Assembly (NCBI GenBank): GCA_048884965.1
Contig: JBHLQH010000058.1
Coordinates: forward strand, 1-15,385
Source of the DNA: Candidatus Thorarchaeota archaeon
GTDB taxonomy: Archaea > Asgardarchaeota > Thorarchaeia > Thorarchaeales > Thorarchaeaceae
Length of the DNA stretch: 15,385 nt
Direction of reading: 5' to 3'
Under the pieces are notes generated by a model. The model made no database searches. It saw nothing but the letters and a program-made list of their open reading frames with translations, and was not told where the DNA came from. Positions 7,466 to 14,166 of the stretch are shown in pieces. The number at the start of each line of letters is the position of its first letter. The stretch's first letter is position 1. The position numbers were made by a program, and so were the translations under genes.

Positions 7466-9342
7466 TTAAGGGAATTGGCGGCCAGAATATATGGGTTGAC
7501 CTGACCACCGGGAAGATCGAAAAGAAACCCGTTGCAGAGGATACAGTCAAGAAGTACCTCTTAGGAGCAGGATATCTCTCAAGGATCCTCTACGATATGA
7601 TCCCTCCGGGGACCGACCCATTATCACCTGAGAACGTCCTAGGTGTCGCAACAGGTGTCTTGACAGCTTCAATGTTCCCGCAATCGTCTCGGCACGTCAT
7701 AGCAGCTCTGTCACCACTAACTGACGTTTGGGGGGAGAGCCATGCAGCAGGATTCTGGGCACCAGAACTCAAGTTCGCAGGGTATGATGCCATTATCTTC
7801 AAAGGAGCATCAAAGGACCCAGTCTATCTCAACATCAAGGACGATGAGGTGGACTTACTTGATGCCGAGCAGATTTGGGGAACTGATGTCTTCGAAACCG
7901 ATGACTACCTAAGGGAGGTGCACGGGAAGAAAACAAGGACCCTTGCCATCGGCCAAGCTGGAGAAAACCTAGTTAGATTCGCAGCAATTATGAATGATCG
8001 AGATCGTGCCTCAGCTCGTTCAGGCCTAGGAGCGGTCATGGGATCGAAGAAGCTCAAGGCAATCTCTGTGAGAGGAACTGGTAAGATCGAAGTTGCAGAG
8101 CCGCACGATTACCTGAGGAGTATGGATGAGTTCCATAAGCGAATGCTCGATAATCCATTCACTCCTGAACGGGCTCGTTTCGGAACGACGAGTCTCGTAG
8201 AGCTCATGCAGCATATTGGAAGACTACCATCATATAACATGAAACAAGGTGTATTCGATGGCTACAAGAAGATTGGCGGGGATGCGATAAATGAGAGCTA
8301 TCTTGTCAAGCCGCGTGCCGACTTCTGTTGTCTTCAACGTTGTGGACGATATACAATGGTACGTAAGGGACCCTACAAGTATGTCGGAGGGTCTCCAGAG
8401 TTCGAAACCCAATCATCACTTGGATCACGCTGCGGAAATGATAATCTAGAATCTGTGCTCTTTGGACATCATCTTGCAAACCAGTGGGGAATGGATACGA
8501 TTTCTCTAGGTGGTACCATCTCTTGGGCTATGGAGGCATGGGAGGAAGGAGCTATCACTAAGGAGGATACAGATGGAATAGATCTTAGTTGGGGAAACCA
8601 CGAGTCGATCATCAAACTCATCAAGATGATTACCTTCAGAGAAGGCTTTGGCGACATCCTTGCAGAAGGTAGCGCGCGAGCTGCTGAGAGGATTGGCAAG
8701 GGATCTGAGGAATATGTGATGACGGTAAAGAAACAGGAGATCGCTGGACAGGAACCACGAGCACAGAAATCCATGGGTCTTGCTGCAGTCACCGCGGCTA
8801 GAGGCGCAGATCATCTCTATGCGTTCCCTGTTCTTGATGAAGTTGGATTCGATGATGATATCAGAGAACGATTCGGAGAAGAGTATTTGCCAGAAATGGC
8901 GGATAGACTCAGTCCAAAGTACAAAGGACTCATGGTAGCAGAGTGCGAGAACTTTATGGTAATGATTGAGAGTGCAGGTCTTTGTAAATATGGAACTCAG
9001 ATTCCTCCGGAATTCTACTACGAGGATATCTCAAGGGCAATTGAACTTCATAATGGGCTCGCTCTGAGCGTAGAAGATCTAAGAGAAATCGGAGAGCGTA
9101 TCGTCAATCTCAATCGTATGTTCAATATTCGACTGGGAATCCGACGTAAGGACGATCAATTACCAAAGAGGCTCACTGACCACCCTGCACCCATTGGGCC
9201 TTCCAAGGGTCAGATTGTTGAACTCAATCAGATGCTGAATGACTACTATGTTGAAAGGGGTTGGGACATAGATACAGGGATTCCAACAAAAGATACTCTT
9301 GAGCGTCTTGGATTACTAAAAGAAGTTGAGGACCTACCGTAG
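7462..9342 (+). CDS. aor: Tungsten-containing aldehyde:ferredoxin oxidoreductase family large subunit (paralog 2)
   Basis: 626 aa; LSPLTDVWGESHAAG, ARSGLGAVMGSKKLK, SPEFET, GMDTIS, RGADH, CKY. The cluster motif is a variant, DFCCLQRC (8320-8343). Confidence 0.92.
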   Translation: MIKGIGGQNIWVDLTTGKIEKKPVAEDTVKKYLLGAGYLSRILYDMIPPGTDPLSPENVLGVATGVLTASMFPQSSRHVIAALSPLTDVWGESHAAGFWAPELKFAGYDAIIFKGASKDPVYLNIKDDEVDLLDAEQIWGTDVFETDDYLREVHGKKTRTLAIGQAGENLVRFAAIMNDRDRASARSGLGAVMGSKKLKAISVRGTGKIEVAEPHDYLRSMDEFHKRMLDNPFTPERARFGTTSLVELMQHIGRLPSYNMKQGVFDGYKKIGGDAINESYLVKPRADFCCLQRCGRYTMVRKGPYKYVGGSPEFETQSSLGSRCGNDNLESVLFGHHLANQWGMDTISLGGTISWAMEAWEEGAITKEDTDGIDLSWGNHESIIKLIKMITFREGFGDILAEGSARAAERIGKGSEEYVMTVKKQEIAGQEPRAQKSMGLAAVTAARGADHLYAFPVLDEVGFDDDIRERFGEEYLPEMADRLSPKYKGLMVAECENFMVMIESAGLCKYGTQIPPEFYYEDISRAIELHNGLALSVEDLREIGERIVNLNRMFNIRLGIRRKDDQLPKRLTDHPAPIGPSKGQIVELNQMLNDYYVERGWDIDTGIPTKDTLERLGLLKEVEDLP

Positions 9343-9496
9343 GAGCCTAGCAGGTCTATCATATGTCGTTATACTTTCTAGAGTTACGATAAAGTTGAGC
9401 TTGTACTTCATTTACTAATTCGGAGTCTAAATGTCCGCGTACTCTAACTAGAAGCGTCTGCCTCCCACCTCATCACTTGCAAAACAATAGACACCA

Positions 9497-9736
9497 CTAG
9501 TCACAACTGGCACAGACGTTCGTAACTGTATCCTTGACACCATCCACTTTCCTAAGACTATCTACGACGAAGGAGCTGAGACCTTCAGGAGTCTTGAAAA
9601 CACCTTTGATCAGCAAATCAAATGCACCATAGATCAGATATGCCTCTTCAACCTCATCAAGAGCTCGTACGCTCTCAAGAACATCGCGTGCCTTCACAGA
9701 TTCGACTTTAGCCATAATGAACGCCTTTATCGTCAT
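9497..9736 (-). CDS. Stand-alone Lrp/AsnC ligand-binding (RAM) domain protein, no HTH, C-terminal CxxC
   Basis: 79 aa; KAFIMAKVE...EVEEAYLIYGAFDLLIK...LRKVDGVKDTVT is the RAM pattern. ATG at 9736 is preceded by AGGTGA (9745-9750, minus strand), so the track's GTG at 9748 is part of the RBS. Confidence 0.85.
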   Translation of the reverse strand: MTIKAFIMAKVESVKARDVLESVRALDEVEEAYLIYGAFDLLIKGVFKTPEGLSSFVVDSLRKVDGVKDTVTNVCASCD

Positions 9737-9972
9737 CCTATTTATCACCTGATACCGAAAATGGTTCTATACCTCTCTTTAACACGCAACATAAAAAGGG
9801 TTCTTATTTGCATTCGCAAGTTAATATAGTAAACTAGATTTTTCAGAATGTTTTCAATTTCGGTCATTTTCAACGCAGAATGTGTCCCTTTAGAGCCGCA
9901 AACACCGAAAACATGTCCTCATTCTGAATCGTGAACGTTAATAGGGGGATTCGAAAACTGCGCCAGTATCCC

Positions 9973-9986
9973 GTAGGAGGTCCTAC
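9973..9986 (+). promoter_or_regulatory. vhuD ribosome-binding site (AGGAGGT) embedded in an inverted repeat
   Basis: GTAGGA-GG-TCCTAC; AGGAGGT at 9975-9981 lies 10 nt before the TTG start at 9992. Confidence 0.5.
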
Positions 9987-9991
9987 AAGTC

Positions 9992-10459
9992 TTGACGGCA
10001 TTCAGCCAACAAACCTCTCATCCCTCCAAGTCAAAGAAGAAAGCAAAAGGCGGCTTTGAGCCACGTATCGTCGCTTTCTGTTGTAACTGGTGTTCCTACG
10101 CAGGAGCAGATCTTGCTGGCACATCGCGCATGCAGATGCCACCCAATGCTAGAATCATCAGGGTAAACTGCACGGGACGCATTGATATCTCTTTCATTCT
10201 TGACGCTCTTAATCAAGGGGCAGATGGCGTTCTGATTTCAGGTTGCCACCCAGGTGATTGTCACTACACGAGTGGAAACCTGAAGATGCGAGGAAGGTTC
10301 GCACTACTCAAACAGCTGGTAGAAGACGCAGGAATTGATCCTGATAGGATTCATCTGCAATGGGCTAGCGCAGCAGAGGGAGATGTATTCACGAAGGGCA
10401 TCACCGAGATGGTAGAACGCGTGAAGAAGATAGGACCGAACCCGGTAAGGAAGGATTAG
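9992..10459 (+). CDS. vhuD: F420-non-reducing hydrogenase [2Fe-2S] subunit D (MvhD/VhuD), all-Cys form
   Basis: FEPRIVAFCCNWCSYAGADLAG, RVNCTGRID, GADGVLISGCHPGDCHY, WASAAEG. Confidence 0.95.
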   Translation: MTAFSQQTSHPSKSKKKAKGGFEPRIVAFCCNWCSYAGADLAGTSRMQMPPNARIIRVNCTGRIDISFILDALNQGADGVLISGCHPGDCHYTSGNLKMRGRFALLKQLVEDAGIDPDRIHLQWASAAEGDVFTKGITEMVERVKKIGPNPVRKD

Positions 10460-10462
10460 ACC

Positions 10463-11374
10463 ATGGCCAAACGAATTGCTCTTGCACAGCTGAGCTCATG
10501 TTGGGGCTGTGACCAGTCGCTAGTTGACCTTCATCTTGGACTCCTTGATTTATTACCTCAGCTGGAAATTGTATTCTGGCCTTGTGTGGTTGACTACAAG
10601 CTGAAGGACTTAGAGGCGCTCCCAAAGAAGTCAGTTCATATTGGACTCGTTGAGGGGAGCTGCCGAACAAAAGAAGATGAGCACATCCTCCATCTGATGC
10701 GGGAGAAATGCAAGATCCTCGTCGCATGGGGATCATGTTCTGTCTACGGAGGTGTGCAAGGTCTAGGCAACCAGTGGGATATCAAAGACTTGCTGGAACG
10801 CAAGTTCATTAGAGCTGATACTGTCACAGATCCACGAATACCAGAAGAGAACCTTCCCGGTTTCACAGACCATATCATTCCCAATCCACAGATTGTCGAG
10901 TGTGATGTCCTTTTCCCAGGATGTCCCCCGACCAGTCAGAATACTCTTGATGCACTAACTGCTTTGTTGACTAACAAACCATTCGATTTGCCTACCAAGA
11001 CGGTCTGTGACCAATGTCCTATGGAACGAAAGGACAAACACATCAAGAAGTTCAAGCGTAATCATGAAGGCAAGATCGAGCCAGGCAAGTGCATACTGGA
11101 CCAAGGATATCTGTGCCTTGGGTTCGCAACGATCGGTATGTGTGGTGCACAGTGTCCGACGGTCAATACACCTTGCAAGGGGTGCTTTGGACCCCCTCCA
11201 GCAGTCACGGACCATGGCGCGAAGATCATCTCAGCCCTTGGGGCAGTCGCAGAGATGGAACCTGAGGAACTTAAGGCTTCCTTCCCAGACCCCATTGGCT
11301 CATTCTATTTCACTGACTATGCAGCATCCTATCTCTCAAAGATGCGTGGAAAGGAACGTGAGAAGAAACAATGA
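10463..11374 (+). CDS. vhuG: F420-non-reducing [NiFe] hydrogenase small subunit (MvhG/VhuG)
   Basis: SSCWGC, VEG, AWGSCSVYGG, PGCPP, VCDQC, CILDQGYLCLG, CGAQCP..NTPCKGCFGP. Confidence 0.95.
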   Translation: MAKRIALAQLSSCWGCDQSLVDLHLGLLDLLPQLEIVFWPCVVDYKLKDLEALPKKSVHIGLVEGSCRTKEDEHILHLMREKCKILVAWGSCSVYGGVQGLGNQWDIKDLLERKFIRADTVTDPRIPEENLPGFTDHIIPNPQIVECDVLFPGCPPTSQNTLDALTALLTNKPFDLPTKTVCDQCPMERKDKHIKKFKRNHEGKIEPGKCILDQGYLCLGFATIGMCGAQCPTVNTPCKGCFGPPPAVTDHGAKIISALGAVAEMEPEELKASFPDPIGSFYFTDYAASYLSKMRGKEREKKQ

Positions 11375-12681
11375 CCGAAGAGAAGACAGTAAATATCGCC
11401 CCAGTCACCCGACTTGAGGGGCATGGCGAAATCATGATGAAGCTCGGAAAGGATGGCAAGGTCAAGGACATCCAGTTCAATGTTTCATCCACCCGATTCT
11501 TTGAGAAGTTCTTAGAAGGGCGTTTCGGAGAGGAAGCCGTGCGAATCGCTCCGCGAATCTGTGGCATCTGCCCAGAGCCACATCATCTTGCCGCAACCAA
11601 GGCGGTGGAAGCGGCGTGGGATATCACTCCACCTCCAGCGGCTGTCAAATTACGTCGACTGCTCATCAATGCCAAGCAGTTCAATAGCCACGCAATCCAC
11701 TTCTTTGCCCTAGCGGCACCAGACTTTCTTGCTGGTCCACTTGGAGACCCAGCTAAACGAAATGTCGTGGCAGTCATTAAAGCATTACCAGATGTCGGGA
11801 AAATGGCGTTGCAGATGATGCAGTATGGACAGGACCTTTGTGCCGCTGTTGGGGGTAAAGCAATTCACCCAGTCACTTCTATCCCAGGAGGAATCATGAA
11901 TCCCTTCTCAGAGGAGAAGCGTGATGAGTACCTGAAGCGTAGTGAGGAAGTCCTCGGATGGACCACCGCAACAGTGGATCTGGCGAAGAAGGTCGTAAAG
12001 GACTACTGGGATCCCATCACCAAGCTAGCAGTCGTTCCAACCTACTATCTGGGAATGCATAATCAAGGCAAGCACGAGATCTATGATGGGAACCTTCGGG
12101 TGATGGATCCGACAGGCAAGATTGTCGCGGACTTCAAGCCCAAGGACTACCGCAAGTACTACGGCGAGTATGTGGCCGACCACTCCTATGCCACACATGT
12201 CTACTACAAGCCAGAGGGATATCCGAAGGGAATCTGGCGAGCCAATACACTCGCACGATGCAATGTCGTGGACGAGATGGCAACTCCTCTAGCTCAGGAG
12301 GCATTGAAGGATATGCGTGATGCCCTCGGTCGACCCATTCATGCTACCTTTGCATACCACTGGGCACGAATCATCGAGCTCGTGGAAGCACTAGAGGAGA
12401 TCATCGGCCTCTTGAAGGACCCACAAATCGTAAGCAAGGATGTCAAGCTTTCAGACGTCAAGCCCAAGAAGGGTGATGGCGTTGGATGTGTAGAGGCTCC
12501 ACGAGGTACTCTACTTCATCATTACTGGACTGATGAGAAAGGAATCATCACCAAGGCTAACATGGTCGTCGCAACGAACAACAACATCGCTGGTGTTGAG
12601 CAGAGCCTTTTGAAGACTGCCAAGCAGATCTTCGAGGATAAGGCACTTGACGACCTCAAACTACCTGAACCAATGATCTAG
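11371..12681 (+). CDS. vhuA: Split [NiFe(Se)] hydrogenase large subunit, N-terminal part (VhuA)
   Basis: TRLEGHG, RFFEKFLEGR, L1 motif RICGICPEPHH, GGKAIHP, EAPRGTLLHHY. Ends at TAG without the C-terminal DPCxxCxxH (L2) motif. Confidence 0.95.
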   Translation: MTEEKTVNIAPVTRLEGHGEIMMKLGKDGKVKDIQFNVSSTRFFEKFLEGRFGEEAVRIAPRICGICPEPHHLAATKAVEAAWDITPPPAAVKLRRLLINAKQFNSHAIHFFALAAPDFLAGPLGDPAKRNVVAVIKALPDVGKMALQMMQYGQDLCAAVGGKAIHPVTSIPGGIMNPFSEEKRDEYLKRSEEVLGWTTATVDLAKKVVKDYWDPITKLAVVPTYYLGMHNQGKHEIYDGNLRVMDPTGKIVADFKPKDYRKYYGEYVADHSYATHVYYKPEGYPKGIWRANTLARCNVVDEMATPLAQEALKDMRDALGRPIHATFAYHWARIIELVEALEEIIGLLKDPQIVSKDVKLSDVKPKKGDGVGCVEAPRGTLLHHYWTDEKGIITKANMVVATNNNIAGVEQSLLKTAKQIFEDKALDDLKLPEPMI

Positions 12682-12691
12682 GAGAACTAAC

Positions 12692-12844
12692 ATGACAGAC
12701 GAGATACCTGAAGGCATCCTCAACCTCCTTGAGATGGTTGTGCGATGCTACGATTGCTGACTATCCTGCGCCGCTCATATGGTCGTCGTTGACGAAGAGG
12801 GGCGCGAGATAGCACGGAAGGAATTAGTGCTGGGCGGTGGATGA
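12692..12844 (+). CDS. vhuU: Selenoprotein VhuU (50 aa, Sec23 from in-frame TGA 12758-12760); supplies the L2 Ni/Fe ligands
   Basis: Manual translation: MTDEIPEGILNLLEMVVRCYDC(U)LSCAAHMVVVDEEGREIARKELVLGGG*. The TGA sits at the Ni-ligand position of DxCxxCxxH, the motif missing from VhuA. AGGAG RBS at 12680-12684. The tail after His29 fits a cleavable maturation extension. Confidence 0.95.
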
Positions 12845-12895
12845 AGGTCCGACCAAAACTCAGGTCGGGCTGGACGACCTCGCAAGGGTCGCCCA
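12831..12895 (+). promoter_or_regulatory. Eukaryote/Asgard-type SECIS element
   Basis: Core ATGAA (12841-12845) opposite GGAC (12872-12875) gives tandem G.A/A.G pairs. A 9-bp helix GGTCCGACC (12846-12854)/GGTCGGGCT (12863-12871) closes the loop AAAACTCA. Possible lower helix TGGGCG (12831-12836)/CGCCCA (12890-12895). The core lies 83 nt after the Sec codon. Confidence 0.85.
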
Positions 12896-12922
12896 ATAGT
12901 TCCTTTCAACTCTTTTATCTCA
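12856..12922 (+). repeat. Direct repeat copy 1 (SECIS loop + 3' arm + GCAA hairpin + T-rich tract)
   Basis: GTCGGGCTGGACGACCTCGCAAGGGTCGCC (12864-12893) aligns without gaps to 13713-13742 and 14174-14203. Confidence 0.85.
12899..12918 (+). terminator. Probable archaeal T/pyrimidine-rich terminator of the vhu operon
   Basis: TTCCTTTCAACTCTTTT tract directly after the SECIS and GCAA hairpin, between convergent genes. Confidence 0.45.
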
Positions 12923-12963
12923 TAGATCACGGAAAAGAAAAGATTTCAGGATTCATTTCAATA

Positions 12964-13632
12964 TCAACCTGAAATAATCTCTAATTGACCATCCTCAAAA
13001 TTCAACTGTAGCGCTTTCAAAACGAATGCACGATGATTAGCACCCATCACCAGTGCCACACGCGAACCCGGATGTGCTTGAATGAAATTGACAATATTAC
13101 GATTAATCTCTTGATCACGGCGTTCACGAACCTGTGTCACCAATTCATATTTCGTATCCTGAATTATCTTGTCAAGAATCTCATAGTATCGCTTAGTAAT
13201 CACATCATATCGCCCATCATCAAATGAGGTAGGTGTTGCAGATTTGCAGATGTCAACCTGTTTGGAGAAAAGCTCATCGAGTTCCTCACTTTGAAACATC
13301 GGATCTTTATGCAATTCCCGTTCAAGCTGCTTGTACACACTCTTCTCTTGCCAATAATGGACAGGGATTGGATTACCCTCAATATCAGAGCCCAACCAAT
13401 CAAAACCGAAACATTGGTCCGAGTACCGCTTTGATAGTTCGACCATCTCGAAGGGATAATTCTGCATCAGATAAGAAATATCTGCACCCAAATCTTCAGG
13501 TCGAATTTCTACTCCAATATGATCTGGTTCAAAATCCTCAACTACTTGGAATAAGGTTTCATAGTCGTAGGTTGGGTGATCTTTATGAAAGCCATGCATG
13601 GAGGCAATCAGCTTAGCCTTTGTCTGCTTCAC
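12964..13632 (-). CDS. Hypothetical protein with TraB/GumN/Tiki (EreA/ChaN-like) metallohydrolase motifs
   Basis: 222 aa; ASMHGFH, FEPDHIGVE, RERRDQEINRNI and VALVMGANH follow the H..E..R(N/D)..GxxH pattern. Visibly AT-richer than vhuA. Confidence 0.65.
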   Translation of the reverse strand: MKQTKAKLIASMHGFHKDHPTYDYETLFQVVEDFEPDHIGVEIRPEDLGADISYLMQNYPFEMVELSKRYSDQCFGFDWLGSDIEGNPIPVHYWQEKSVYKQLERELHKDPMFQSEELDELFSKQVDICKSATPTSFDDGRYDVITKRYYEILDKIIQDTKYELVTQVRERRDQEINRNIVNFIQAHPGSRVALVMGANHRAFVLKALQLNFEDGQLEIISG

Positions 13633-13678
13633 TGTTCAAATTCCTGGTTCGTTCTTCATCAAATCTAGCAAGTTATGT

Positions 13679-13695
13679 GGTTCATAAATTATATG
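13679..13695 (-). promoter_or_regulatory. Putative TATA box for the 12964-13632 gene
   Basis: Minus strand reads CATATAATTTATGAACC, about 47 nt upstream of the start. The 10-mer TTTATGAACC is also found upstream of the DUF362 gene. Confidence 0.4.
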
Positions 13696-13704
13696 GCGCA
13701 TTCG

Positions 13705-13759
13705 AAACATGCGTCGGGCTGGACGACCCCGCAATGTTCGCCTGCTCTTTTCCTTCACA
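13705..13759 (+). repeat. Direct repeat copy 2
   Basis: 13713-13742 matches 12864-12893 at 27/30 (first 16 nt exact). AAAC at 13705-13708 aligns with the SECIS loop at the same 849-nt offset. Lacks the AUGA 5' arm. Confidence 0.85.
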
Positions 13760-13784
13760 TTCTATTCTGATTGATTGATGATAT

Positions 13785-14075
13785 CTATTCTTCCTTACTG
13801 TGTGGACGAAAGCCATAATTACCCTTTCCCGATGGCCCCATGCCGCTTATAGGAAAAGCTCCTGTGGATGTACATGTATCATTTGGGAAATATGACATGG
13901 CTGCTCCTTGTGCTGCAGAAATCGGACCTGAGCCATCAGCGGGGCGTGGTTTGCTTTGAGCATACCCTCTTGTAGTTGGACGCACGGTACAAGCCTTGTA
14001 CATCACCACCAGAATAAAGACGAGGGGCCCTAAACCTGATAGAATTGCGAGAAACCATGTTTCAAGGCTTTGCAT
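13785..14075 (-). CDS. Small hypothetical single-pass membrane protein with Gly/Pro/Ser-rich tail (96 aa)
   Basis: ATG at 14075 preceded by AGGTGA (14081-14086) and an AT-rich TATA-like tract (14097-14108). Hydrophobic segment WFLAILSGLGPLVFILVVMY. Fills the space between repeat copies 2 and 3. Confidence 0.55.
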   Translation of the reverse strand: MQSLETWFLAILSGLGPLVFILVVMYKACTVRPTTRGYAQSKPRPADGSGPISAAQGAAMSYFPNDTCTSTGAFPISGMGPSGKGNYGFRPHSKEE

Positions 14076-14166
14076 CTTCTTCACCTTACATATACGTATT
14101 ATAATTAACAATAGTGAATATTAGTTCTTTGTTAGAGCACACAACTACCTTGTCTCTAGAAACTGC

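Noticed and set aside
9343-9496. Small RNA or ORF between aor paralog 2 and the RAM gene
   Set aside because: No convincing ORF, tRNA fold or stable hairpin was seen; probably a convergent terminator region.
12682-12844. vhuA/vhuU as a broken pseudogene of an mvhA large subunit
   Set aside because: The split point, dedicated RBS and ATG, TGA at the exact Ni-ligand position and adjacent SECIS all match the known VhuA/VhuU architecture.
12833-12844. VhuU C-terminal GGG as a ubiquitin-like conjugation motif
   Set aside because: There is no beta-grasp domain, the tail is probably removed during maturation, and the Gly codons coincide with the G-rich 5' strand of the SECIS.
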